Positions 7,194-16,681 of a stretch of DNA of 64,000 bases are shown here, in pieces. This stretch comes from Candidatus Micrarchaeota archaeon (GTDB lineage: Archaea > Micrarchaeota > Micrarchaeia > Anstonellales > J096). Position 1 is the stretch's first letter. Each line of letters begins with the position of its first letter. Position numbers and translations under genes: made by a program. The notes under the pieces were generated by a model. The model searched no databases. It had not been told where the DNA came from and saw only the letters and a program-made list of their open reading frames with translations. The stretch covers positions 77-64,076 of the forward strand of contig WAKO01000003.1 of assembly GCA_015523325.1 (NCBI GenBank). The letters run 5' to 3'.

Positions 7194-8570
7194 ATGGATA
7201 AAGGAAGTATTTTCCTTACAGGATTAGTTATGTTTTTCTTTTTAACATTTATCCCTAACTTTATTGATCCTTATTCCACTCAACTAACTTTTAGTTATTA
7301 TATGGTTAATACTCCATTTTATGTTTGGGGAGGAATAGCAACTCTTATTATTTCCGCTCTTGCTTTTGCTGGAACTGCTTATTATTTGAGAGCTTACCTT
7401 CCAACATTTTTTGGAGGTAATAGGGCTAAGATTTATTTAGCCATTTCAGCAGTGCTTGCTCTTGCATTTTATTACTTCACATTTGCTACAACATCCTTGA
7501 ACTTGTTTGCATACATTGAGATGAATGGCTTTCTCTACACATTCTTTTCAATGCTTCTTAATGCATTTATAATAGCTCTCTCCTCCATCCTTTTCATTGA
7601 TTTGGGAAATTTCTTGAGAAACTTAACAAAGGCAGAAACCTCTACATCTCTAGGAGGGTCTTTAGCTTCTCTTTTCTCCTTAGGTTGTCCTACCTGTGGA
7701 TCAATTATTTATTCAATGCTTGGAATAGTTGGAGGGCTTACAATATTGCCTTTAAAAGGATTAGAAGTAAAGTTACTTTCTTTAGCTTTGTTAATGTATG
7801 GAACTTATTTACTTTATAAGAGATTTTTCCCTGATGTAAAGATTAACCTTGTCCCTTCAGCTAACACCGCCTTAATTGCTTTGCTGGTCTTGGCCTTACC
7901 TATATTTGCTTATGGCCAATTCCAGCTAATGGAGATCTCCTCTTCTTTGGGGGGATCTCAAGTAGGAGGAAGCTCTTCTCCTGCTTTAGGACCTGCAAGC
8001 TCCTTTTCTTCAGCAAATTTGGAAGGAGTGGATGTTTATTCTGTTTCCTCCACTCCTGAAGCTTTAATTACAGTATTCCCAGAGCTTAAAAATGCTAAAA
8101 CAGAGCAAGACGTTATAGGCATTCTTTATCCGAGAGGAGCTCCAACCTATTCACAAGTTTTAGGAGGAATAAACTATGATGATCCGGTTAACTCAATGGA
8201 GTACTTATCCAGGTATTACTTTGCAGTAAGGGAAGATATAAGGAAAAACAAACCAGAGGTTTGGAACAGATATATTAATTTAGCTGCAGCTCCAAGAGGG
8301 ATTAGCTGTGAATTCTGTTGTGGAGTTGGGCCACAAGGAATAGATTCTCAAGGAAACCTAAGGTGTGGCTGTAAACACAATGTAGCATTACAAGGATTAG
8401 TTTTGGGATTAATGTCAAATACTGATTTGAGTGATGCAGAAATACTTAGGGAAGTTATGAAATGGAAAACTCTATTCTTCCCACGAAACATGGTTGCTTT
8501 AGGAGTTCAACTAGCTGGAAATGATGCCTCCTCCCTCTCCTCTCTTCCAGGAATGGTTGGAGGTTGTTAA
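7194..8570 (+). CDS. Polytopic membrane protein with intramembrane CPTC motif and a Cys-rich extracytoplasmic domain, ending in LPGMVGGC
   Basis: About 6 TM helices. GCPTCG lies in a TM segment. The C-terminal domain carries CEFCCGVG...CGCKH. The C-terminus is SLPGMVGGC-stop. The ORF-track start at 7149 is replaced by the ATG at 7194, which has an RBS. Confidence 0.6.
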   Translation: MDKGSIFLTGLVMFFFLTFIPNFIDPYSTQLTFSYYMVNTPFYVWGGIATLIISALAFAGTAYYLRAYLPTFFGGNRAKIYLAISAVLALAFYYFTFATTSLNLFAYIEMNGFLYTFFSMLLNAFIIALSSILFIDLGNFLRNLTKAETSTSLGGSLASLFSLGCPTCGSIIYSMLGIVGGLTILPLKGLEVKLLSLALLMYGTYLLYKRFFPDVKINLVPSANTALIALLVLALPIFAYGQFQLMEISSSLGGSQVGGSSSPALGPASSFSSANLEGVDVYSVSSTPEALITVFPELKNAKTEQDVIGILYPRGAPTYSQVLGGINYDDPVNSMEYLSRYYFAVREDIRKNKPEVWNRYINLAAAPRGISCEFCCGVGPQGIDSQGNLRCGCKHNVALQGLVLGLMSNTDLSDAEILREVMKWKTLFFPRNMVALGVQLAGNDASSLSSLPGMVGGC

Positions 8571-8685
8571 TTGAATTAACGCAAAAAACAAAAAATTCAG
8601 CGGTTGATTTAAATACTTTCTTATGTTTTTTCTTATACTTTTGTTTTTTAGGTTTTAGAGGTTTTTTAGAAAGGAGGTTGATTAA

Positions 8686-9837
8686 ATGGAACTTAGTAAT
8701 GAGAAAATAGATATTATTGTAGCTGTTTTAGTTGCTCTTACTTTTTTAGTTGTAATATTTAATTTTTATACTTCTCTAACCTTAAGCGAACAAATTGATA
8801 AGAAAATTGAGGAACTTTCTAATGTTAATGTTCCTAAAATAAATATTTATTTGATTAAAGAGTCTTCTTGTAATGAATGTTTGGATTTGCAAGGAGTTGC
8901 AAGCTCTCTTGCTTCTTCATTTCCTGGAGAAGCTAATTTAGAGGTTTTGAATAGAGAGGAGGGAAATTCATTTATAAGGAAGTATTTGATAAATAGGCTT
9001 CCTGCAATAGTTATTGAAGGAGATATCTCCTCCTTTAACGTTCCTCCCCAGCTAAACTTTGTTGAAAAAAATGGAGCTCTTGTTTTTGAAGGAGCAGTTC
9101 CTTACTTCTCATTAGAGGATAATTCTGTTAAGGGAGTTGTTGAGTTCATATTAATAAATCATAAAGGATGTGAGGTTTGTAAGGATATGAAAGTTGTTTA
9201 TGATTCCCTAACTTCAACAGGTATAGTTGGAAATCTTAAAGAGCTAGAACATCCGTCTGAAGAAGCAAATGAATTTGCTAATAATTATTCAATAACAAAA
9301 TATCCTACAATGCTTATAAGTAAGGATATTGATGAATATGGAATTCCAATAGGAGATTCAAATTTGGTTAGAACTTATGATAATTATTATGTTTTAGATC
9401 CCATTCCTCCTTACTTTGATTTAGAAGAAAAGAGGATAAGAGGAGAGTTGGAAGTAATTTACTTATTCTCACAAGACTGTGAGGATTGCATAAATATAAG
9501 TACTTTCTCAAGCGCTTTGAGGGATATCGGGCTTTACTTAAAGAATGAAACAGAGGTTGAAATAAACTCTCCTCAAGGAGAGGAGTTAATTTCAATTTAT
9601 AACATAACAAAGGTTCCAACGTTTATTCTAAAAGGAGATATAGAGGCTTATCCTGGTTTAAGAGGAAGTTTAGAAGAGATAGGATATTTTGTTAATGAGA
9701 GTTTCGTTTTCTCTGATTTGGAAAGAGTAGGTAAATATATAGCGGTTGGAGAAGAGCTTGAGAATGAAAGTGTTAATACAGGGAATGAAACTCTAGATGA
9801 AGGTTTGGTGAATGAAACAATGAATGAGACAGTATAA
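8686..9837 (+). CDS. Membrane-anchored protein with three thioredoxin-fold domains, each carrying a CxxC motif
   Basis: N-terminal TM helix. CxxC motifs CNEC, CEVC and CEDC. Trx-like cis-Pro contexts (ITKYPTMLI, ITKVPTFIL). RBS AAGGAGG. Confidence 0.65.
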   Translation: MELSNEKIDIIVAVLVALTFLVVIFNFYTSLTLSEQIDKKIEELSNVNVPKINIYLIKESSCNECLDLQGVASSLASSFPGEANLEVLNREEGNSFIRKYLINRLPAIVIEGDISSFNVPPQLNFVEKNGALVFEGAVPYFSLEDNSVKGVVEFILINHKGCEVCKDMKVVYDSLTSTGIVGNLKELEHPSEEANEFANNYSITKYPTMLISKDIDEYGIPIGDSNLVRTYDNYYVLDPIPPYFDLEEKRIRGELEVIYLFSQDCEDCINISTFSSALRDIGLYLKNETEVEINSPQGEELISIYNITKVPTFILKGDIEAYPGLRGSLEEIGYFVNESFVFSDLERVGKYIAVGEELENESVNTGNETLDEGLVNETMNETV

Positions 9838-9839
9838 AT

Positions 9840-10292
9840 TTGGTTGAGGATAGTATGGGAAAGCTAAAAGAGCCCTCTTTTCCAACAAAAAAAGTGGTTA
9901 TTGCTTTTGTTATTGCTCTTTTGTTTCTTTTTGTGCTATCACTTTTGTTCAAGAAGAACCTCCCTCCCACTGATATAAGAGGGCATATAGAATCCTATCC
10001 TCCTTCTAGGATAATGGAAGAGCCAATAAGTGTTGCTGTTCATAAGCATATTTTAGAGCATACTCCTTCTGGGAGGAGAGGAGTAATAATAAATTATAAC
10101 TGTGTTAAGTTTAGTTGTGAAGAGGGATTGCTAGAAAAGCTTGAGGAAATAGCACTTTCTGATGATAGGACTTATTTAATACCAAACAATGAAATGGATG
10201 CAAAGATAGTTGTTTCAGCAATAGGAAATCAATTGGTTTTGGATGAGTTTGATGAAGCAAAGATAAGAGAATTCATTCAACAAGTTCCTTAA
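9840..10292 (+). CDS. TM-anchored hypothetical protein (~150 aa) with CxxxxC
   Basis: N-terminal TM helix. NCVKFSCEEG. Last gene of the redox/copper island. Confidence 0.4.
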   Translation: MVEDSMGKLKEPSFPTKKVVIAFVIALLFLFVLSLLFKKNLPPTDIRGHIESYPPSRIMEEPISVAVHKHILEHTPSGRRGVIINYNCVKFSCEEGLLEKLEEIALSDDRTYLIPNNEMDAKIVVSAIGNQLVLDEFDEAKIREFIQQVP

Positions 10293-10329
10293 CTTAAATT
10301 AAGTTTAAATTTTGATGAAACCCTAGCAC

Positions 10330-10932
10330 TTAGAGCACAACCCTAACCTTATCCCCATCCTTTAGCTTTAACTTTTCTCTTAAAAAGTATGGGCTTACAA
10401 CCTCAAGCACATTATAACCATACCTACTCTTTATAGGTATTATTATTCCTCCTTCAACTCCATTTATAAAGCATTTTTTTAAGTATGTTCCTCCATATTC
10501 TTTTCCATCTTTTTTAAAGCCTTTTAGGTATTCAAAGGATAGACTACTTAGAAATGCTCTTTTTTTAGTATTTTTTTCATCAAGCCTTATGTTTAGTGTC
10601 CCTTCAAAAGGAGAAAATCCTAGCTTTTTCTTTATCCCCTCTTTATAATTTCTTATACTTAGGAACTTTTTTCCTTCTCCAACACCACTAAAAACAACTC
10701 CTTCTATTTCCATTCTTTTTCTTTCTAATAAGGAGTTAGAGAGTTCTTTATGGAGTTTTAATAAAAATTCCTGTCCTTTTGCTGTTAATTTTTTTCCTTT
10801 CACTAATCCTTCTTTCTCCAACTTCCTTAAATTATACGACACCCTTTGTTGTGAAACTTTTAATGAATCAGCTATTTCAATTTGTGTGTTTTTTCCCCTT
10901 AATAACTCAATAAGGATAAGTAGTCTTAGCAT
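10330..10932 (-). CDS. ribK: CTP-dependent riboflavin kinase (archaeal RibK) fused to an N-terminal wHTH domain
   Basis: N-terminal HTH (IADSLKVSQQRVSYNLRKLEKEGLV). The C-terminal domain has the archaeal RibK core motif GTLNIRL and the beta-barrel fold signature. Confidence 0.7.
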   Translation of the reverse strand: MLRLLILIELLRGKNTQIEIADSLKVSQQRVSYNLRKLEKEGLVKGKKLTAKGQEFLLKLHKELSNSLLERKRMEIEGVVFSGVGEGKKFLSIRNYKEGIKKKLGFSPFEGTLNIRLDEKNTKKRAFLSSLSFEYLKGFKKDGKEYGGTYLKKCFINGVEGGIIIPIKSRYGYNVLEVVSPYFLREKLKLKDGDKVRVVL

Positions 10933-11002
10933 TTTATCCTTCCGATTTAGTTATTTCAGTTTATTTTTTAAGCCCTTTCTCTTTCTCTTCTTTATATTTA
11001 AT

Positions 11003-12199
11003 CTAATTCATATTAAGGGTTTTTAAGCTCTTCAAGTCTTCTATAAGCTTTGAGGAAGCATCTTTCCCTTCTTCCTTATATTTCTCATAAAGCTCTACCA
11101 ATAGAGATAGGTAGTTCTTTTTTATTGGATTTCCAAATACTTCTCTTAATTCTTTTATTTTATCAAAGAACAAGCTAACTCTTTCCTTCCCTCCTTCCTC
11201 ATTTATTTGGTGGATTAAGAAAATTAATTCTTTATTCTCCCTATTTTTTAGCTTTGTTTTAGCCAAGTAGCTTAATAATTCAATTCCTTCTTCTCTAAGG
11301 CTTAGAATTAATGAGTGTATATTTTCCATTATTGGATAGGGAATTATTTCTTTAATTGCATATTCTCCTTTCATCATTGTTGGAATAAAAGCGGTATTAT
11401 AATCCAGTATTATTTTTCCAACTTTGTTGGGAGGAATTAGTTTTTTTGTTGAGTTTGGAAAGGTAATTTTTATTGTTGTGAGCTCAACCAAAAAACTTAG
11501 GCTTTCTAAAAAATAGGAGGAGGTTGTTTTTGAGCTAAGCATATCTTTTGAAAGAAGAAGGACCCTTATTATTTCATTTCCTTCAAAAATCCCTTCATCA
11601 GCTATTTCTTTTATTAGGTTTAAATGTTGGGGTTTGAAGTATTTAGCACTAACAAGTCCTGTTAAGTCTAAATATAGGCTTTTTGTCTCTATATTTTGTT
11701 TATTTTCTAGACTTTTTGCTTGAATAATTAGGTCTTTTATTTCCTCTTTCTTTAATTCTTCTCTCTTTTGAAGCAGGGCTTTTAGGAATTTTAGCTTTTG
11801 TTCTTGATCCTCCTCCTTAGAAAGCCCTATATTACTGAAGAAATAGCTAATTATTTCTTTTTCTTCTTTACTCAACTCTTTTTTTTCTTTTAGTAGTTCT
11901 TCGTAGATTAAGGACAACATCCTATAATACCTTTCTTTATAAGTTTCTCTAAGTTTGCTTATAAGAGGAATTTTTTGAAATTCTCCTTTTATGTTTACTT
12001 CTTCTATTTTTATCCCTATTAGCATATTTTCGTATTTCTCATAAGTTGGGAAGCTAAAGTTATGATTTATCTTAATTGGACCTTCCTCCATTATATTTTC
12101 TTTTATATTTTTCTTAAGTTTATCTTTATTCTCTCCGTTTTTCAAATCATTTTCTAGCTTGCTATGTTTTTTCCTTTTTTCTCTCATTATACCCACCAA
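11003..12199 (-). CDS. Hypothetical K/E-rich protein (398 aa)
   Basis: Long ORF with coding-like composition and predicted coiled-coil/helical repeats. No recognisable motif. Confidence 0.45.
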   Translation of the reverse strand: MVGIMREKRKKHSKLENDLKNGENKDKLKKNIKENIMEEGPIKINHNFSFPTYEKYENMLIGIKIEEVNIKGEFQKIPLISKLRETYKERYYRMLSLIYEELLKEKKELSKEEKEIISYFFSNIGLSKEEDQEQKLKFLKALLQKREELKKEEIKDLIIQAKSLENKQNIETKSLYLDLTGLVSAKYFKPQHLNLIKEIADEGIFEGNEIIRVLLLSKDMLSSKTTSSYFLESLSFLVELTTIKITFPNSTKKLIPPNKVGKIILDYNTAFIPTMMKGEYAIKEIIPYPIMENIHSLILSLREEGIELLSYLAKTKLKNRENKELIFLIHQINEEGGKERVSLFFDKIKELREVFGNPIKKNYLSLLVELYEKYKEEGKDASSKLIEDLKSLKTLNMN

Positions 12200-12219
12200 T
12201 TCTCTAGCTATTCTGATTT

Positions 12220-12504
12220 CTAAAATTTCTTTTCAATCTCCCTTAGCTTTTCTTCAAGCTCTTCAAGAGAAACCTTTCTTTTGTATGACTCTTTTTCTGC
12301 CCATTTAAAAAGAGCTTTTACTTCTCTTTCCAACATTTTAATCTCTTCACAACTTAGTATTTCATTTGCTTTTTCTCTTTTTTTAGCTTGATTTTTAGAA
12401 GGGATTGTTTTAATTATTCCTTCTTCAAGAATAGAGGAATAAATTCTTTTTGCTCTCCAGGCATCCTTTTCTTCTTTTATTTTCCTGTAGCTATAACTTT
12501 TCAT
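12220..12504 (-). CDS. Hypothetical K/E-rich small protein (94 aa)
   Basis: ORF immediately upstream, on the same strand, of the 398-aa ORF. Confidence 0.35.
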   Translation of the reverse strand: MKSYSYRKIKEEKDAWRAKRIYSSILEEGIIKTIPSKNQAKKREKANEILSCEEIKMLEREVKALFKWAEKESYKRKVSLEELEEKLREIEKKF

Positions 12505-12663
12505 AATATTAATTTAATGTGAATATTTGTGTTTAAAAATGTTTGTTTTCTTTTCTTAACCACTCTTTTCAACCCTCCCATCCCTTACCTTTTAATTGGT
12601 TTTTATAGTAATAATTTTGTGTGTGTTTTAAGAAGAGAGTCTCCATCACAAGAAAAAAACTTA

Positions 12664-14058
12664 ATGAGAGATTTGGAGAGAGGAATTAGGATTTCTCTGA
12701 ATCCTCAAAACTGGAATAAAAAAAGAAGAGGAAGGATGGAAAGAGCATTTCAGAATTTAAAAAAGTCTGGATATTTGAGAGAAAGAAGGAAATGGGTTAT
12801 TTCCTTTAATAAGTCAAAAGCGTTGGGAATAAAGGGATGGAGTAATGTTGTTCTAAAAGTTAGAAATTCCCTTCCTTTAGAAGCTGTAGGAGATTTTTTG
12901 GAAGAATTACCTACCCTTTTTCCTTTACTTATAACTTTGAGGGAAATGGTTCCAACAAATATTATAAGAGATTATAGACCTTCCTTACAATATAAAGCTT
13001 GGGAGTACATTTTAGATAATGTTCCTATAAATGCAGTTGTCTCAACAGATAGGTTTAGCTCCTTTGGCTTTTCTCAAATGCTTGCCTCTACTTATGATGG
13101 TTTAAGGAGAGCTTTTGGAAAGGAGTTGTTAAGTGAGAGTTATGAGGAATGTGTTTCTCCTCTCTGCCAAGTTAAGGCTCTTTACCTTTTGGTTTATACT
13201 GATTTGAGGAATGCTTACTTCTTTTTTAAGAAGACAAGCCCTAAAAAATTCCAAAAAATTTGGGATTCTTCCTCTAAAGAAGAGAAAAGAGAGTTTGTCG
13301 TTTTTTTAGGAGCCTTACTTGTAAATACTGGATGGACTAGGAAAGTTAGGCAAAATGTGATTGCTCCTGCATTAAAAAACTCTAATAGCTTAAAGGAATT
13401 AATGGCTGAGATTGCTGTTAGGGCGAATAGGATTATGAAGAATAATGATAGTGGAGATTATGCTTTAGACGTTTTGAAGTTTTATAGGTATTTAAGAAAT
13501 AGGGTTAGTCCTTCTTTGCTCTCTCCAGCTTTCTCTGAAAGTGTTAGGGAAACCCAACCCTTGGAGGAAATGGATAGTTTTGTTTATGCTGGAAGGCTTA
13601 AAAAAGTGAGGAGGAAGAGTAAAAGAACTGGAAATGAATATGATTGTTATATCTTTACAATAAATAGTGATGAAGAAGAATATGAAAGCTTTTGGAATTT
13701 TAACATGATTAGGGCTTTGCTTAGAGATCCTACTCCTGAGGATTTAGATGAAAATTATGATTTAGTGCTTGGTTTTAATGGATTGAAGGATGTTACAAAG
13801 GAAGAGATGGAAAGGGTTGGGGGGATAGTTGCTATTCCTGAGCATTTGTTTGATAAAGAAGGGATAGGAGAGGAGTTTGTTGTTGTTGAGGGAAAATGGG
13901 ATAGTTATGGAGATATAGTAAAAAAATATATAGATGACAACCCTTCCTCTAGCAATTCTATTAGATATCGTGCAATACTCTATGCTTTTAACAACTCCAA
14001 GAAAGCCTCAGAGCTAACAAGGGTTAGAATTCCCTTAAAGCTGTTGAGAAGAGAGTAG
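12664..14058 (+). CDS. Hypothetical protein (~465 aa) upstream of the ribonucleotide reductase
   Basis: Long ORF. The ORF-track start at 12529 gives a hydrophobic low-complexity N-terminus, so the internal Met at 12664 is more plausible. The start is uncertain. Confidence 0.45.
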   Translation: MRDLERGIRISLNPQNWNKKRRGRMERAFQNLKKSGYLRERRKWVISFNKSKALGIKGWSNVVLKVRNSLPLEAVGDFLEELPTLFPLLITLREMVPTNIIRDYRPSLQYKAWEYILDNVPINAVVSTDRFSSFGFSQMLASTYDGLRRAFGKELLSESYEECVSPLCQVKALYLLVYTDLRNAYFFFKKTSPKKFQKIWDSSSKEEKREFVVFLGALLVNTGWTRKVRQNVIAPALKNSNSLKELMAEIAVRANRIMKNNDSGDYALDVLKFYRYLRNRVSPSLLSPAFSESVRETQPLEEMDSFVYAGRLKKVRRKSKRTGNEYDCYIFTINSDEEEYESFWNFNMIRALLRDPTPEDLDENYDLVLGFNGLKDVTKEEMERVGGIVAIPEHLFDKEGIGEEFVVVEGKWDSYGDIVKKYIDDNPSSSNSIRYRAILYAFNNSKKASELTRVRIPLKLLRRE

Positions 14059-14188
14059 CATTGTGGGTTAAAATAAACTTAAGGTAAAGCTAAGGTTAAT
14101 ATTGAACGATTAATTTTAAATCTTTCCCGGAGTATAGGCTATAGTTAATTTTTTGCGTTTTTTAACCACTTTGCTTATGAGGGGTAAA

Positions 14189-16681
14189 ATGGAGGTTGTA
14201 AAAGAATTAGATGTTTTTAGTGAAGAAATGGAGAGGATGTTTTCCTATAAGCATAAACTTCTTTCTAGAGTTCCTGAAGATTATTTGAAGAGATATAAAA
14301 CTCTTTATTATTTTTTACTTGAGAAACAACAAGAAGGAGAACTCCCTGTCCATCCAAACTATTGGGGAGATAATGAGTTGGTTAAAAACATATATGAGAA
14401 AAAATACTTTCTAAAAAATCTAGATGGAAAGTGCATTGAGAGAAAGCCAGAGGATTTGTTTATTAGGGTTGCTGCTTTTATTGCTGCTGTAGAGGAGGAT
14501 TTGGAAATAGCGAAAAAGACAGCTATTCAATACTATAAGGATATGTATTATGGTTTATGGATTCCAGGAGGAAGAGTGATTACAGGGGCAGGAGATCTTT
14601 ATAGAATAAAAACTTTAGCAAATTGCTTTGTTTCTCTTATAGAGGAGGATAGTATTGAAGGAATTTATAAGGCTGCTTATGAGGCTGCAAGAACTTATAG
14701 TTATGGAGGAGGAATTGGAATTGATATCTCTCCTTTAAGGCCTGCTGGTTCTGTTGTGCATAATGCTGCAAACAACTCCACAGGAGCTGTAAGCTTTATG
14801 GAGCTTTATAGTTTAACAACTGGTTTGATAGGGCAAAGTGGAAGGAGAGGAGCTTTGATGTTAACAATTGATGTTAAACATCCAGATGTAAAGAGGTTCA
14901 TAAAGATTAAGAAAACCCCTAATTGGATAACTTCACAAATAACAAATTATTTGAAGTGGAGTAATATGTTTAATGAAAAACAATTGAGGAAGATTCAAGA
15001 GGTTGTTATGGAGAATACTCAAGTGAGGTTTGCAAACATAAGCATAAAAGCTACTGATGAGTTTATGTATGCTGTTGAGGAACAAAACCGTTATGGAAGA
15101 GCTCTTCTAGTTTATCGTAAAATGGTAAAAGGAAAGAAGATGGAGGAGAAACAAACAAAGGATAACAACTATTCTTATGGAATGCCTCGCAAAGATATTA
15201 AGAAGTATGAGTTTATAGGAAGCTTTTCCAACATGGTTGAGCTTAACTCTTTCCTAAGCAAAACTTTCTCTCTAACTATTGAGGAGAAAGAGCTAGATGA
15301 TCCTTATAAAAGAGATGTTTATGGGGATTATGTTATTGAGCTAGAAGGAAAAGATTATGATTTGGCAATAAGGAGGGCTGGCGACTTTTTGCTTTACTTC
15401 TCTAGTGAGGAAACTGGAACAATAAAGGAGCTAGTTCCTGCTAGGGAAATATGGAATATGTTTTTGGAAGGAAACTACAAAACAGCAGAGCCAGGAATAA
15501 TGTTTTGGGATAGAATTGTAGAGTATAGCCCAAGCAATTATGTGGGAAGGCCAATATGCTCAACAAATCCTTGTGGAGAAGTGCCTTTAGAGGATGGAGG
15601 AGCTTGCAATTTGGGAAGCTTAAACCTATCCGCTTATGTTAAAAATCCTTTTAAGACAAATGCAGAGATTGATTGGAAAAAGCTTGGAAAAGCTATAGAA
15701 CATTTAGTTAGGTTTTTGGATAATGTTGTGGAGTGGAATATCTACTTAAACCCTCTAGAAAAACAAAGGATTGCTGCAAAAGAAACAAGGAGAGTTGGTT
15801 TAGGAGTAATGGGAATAGCGGATATGTTCTTAAAGCTAGGTTTGGCTTATGATGAGGATAGGGCTTTAGAAGTTTTTGAAGAAGTAATGAAGTTTATAGC
15901 AAATAAAGCTTATGAAACAAGCGCAAAGCTTGCAAAAGAAAAAGGGCCTTCTCCAATTTATAATTATGAAAATTACTCAAAAGGAAAGTTCTTTAGAGAA
16001 GTTTTAGAGGAAAATGTAAAGAAGCTAATAAAGAGGAATGGAATTAGGAATATAGCACTCCTAAGCATAGCTCCTACAGGGACTATTTCTCAAATTCCTC
16101 TAACCTATTCTTTAAACGGAAAGAACTATTTAGGAGTTAGCAGTGGTATAGAGCCCATTTTTGCTCTTTATTATACTAGGAGGAGCGAAAGCTTTGGGAA
16201 CAAGAGGTTTTTGGTTTTCCATTCCACAGTTCAAGCATATTTGGATGAGAATGGGCTTAGTGATATTGATGAAGCAAGACTTAAAGAATTCCTCCCTCCC
16301 CACTTCTTTAAAACAGCCCACCACATTGATCCAAAGAAAAGAGTTCAAATTCAAGGGATAGCTCAAAAATATGTTGACCATAGCATAAGCTCTACAATAA
16401 ATCTTCCTGAAGACATACATCCAGAGGTTATTTCAGAGATATATTTGGAAGCTTGGAGAAATGGGTTGAAGGGGGTTACTGTTTATAGAGATGGAAGCAG
16501 GTATCCTATTTTGAGTGTAGAGGGAAAGAAAACAGAGTTCCAAGAATTTAAGGATAAAAAGTTTAGAGTTATTGTTGATGGAAAGGAGTATGTTGTTAAT
16601 GGGGATGAGATAATTGTCCTTCCTAACGGTAGGTTAACTACCGTTTATCATGGAATTAAGGAAGGAATTTTCTCTATGTGA
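14189..16681 (+). CDS. nrdJ: Adenosylcobalamin-dependent (class II) ribonucleotide reductase, catalytic part
   Basis: Active-site region NPCGEVPLEDGGACNLGSLNL. RBS GAGGGGT before the ATG at 14189. Confidence 0.9.
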   Translation: MEVVKELDVFSEEMERMFSYKHKLLSRVPEDYLKRYKTLYYFLLEKQQEGELPVHPNYWGDNELVKNIYEKKYFLKNLDGKCIERKPEDLFIRVAAFIAAVEEDLEIAKKTAIQYYKDMYYGLWIPGGRVITGAGDLYRIKTLANCFVSLIEEDSIEGIYKAAYEAARTYSYGGGIGIDISPLRPAGSVVHNAANNSTGAVSFMELYSLTTGLIGQSGRRGALMLTIDVKHPDVKRFIKIKKTPNWITSQITNYLKWSNMFNEKQLRKIQEVVMENTQVRFANISIKATDEFMYAVEEQNRYGRALLVYRKMVKGKKMEEKQTKDNNYSYGMPRKDIKKYEFIGSFSNMVELNSFLSKTFSLTIEEKELDDPYKRDVYGDYVIELEGKDYDLAIRRAGDFLLYFSSEETGTIKELVPAREIWNMFLEGNYKTAEPGIMFWDRIVEYSPSNYVGRPICSTNPCGEVPLEDGGACNLGSLNLSAYVKNPFKTNAEIDWKKLGKAIEHLVRFLDNVVEWNIYLNPLEKQRIAAKETRRVGLGVMGIADMFLKLGLAYDEDRALEVFEEVMKFIANKAYETSAKLAKEKGPSPIYNYENYSKGKFFREVLEENVKKLIKRNGIRNIALLSIAPTGTISQIPLTYSLNGKNYLGVSSGIEPIFALYYTRRSESFGNKRFLVFHSTVQAYLDENGLSDIDEARLKEFLPPHFFKTAHHIDPKKRVQIQGIAQKYVDHSISSTINLPEDIHPEVISEIYLEAWRNGLKGVTVYRDGSRYPILSVEGKKTEFQEFKDKKFRVIVDGKEYVVNGDEIIVLPNGRLTTVYHGIKEGIFSM

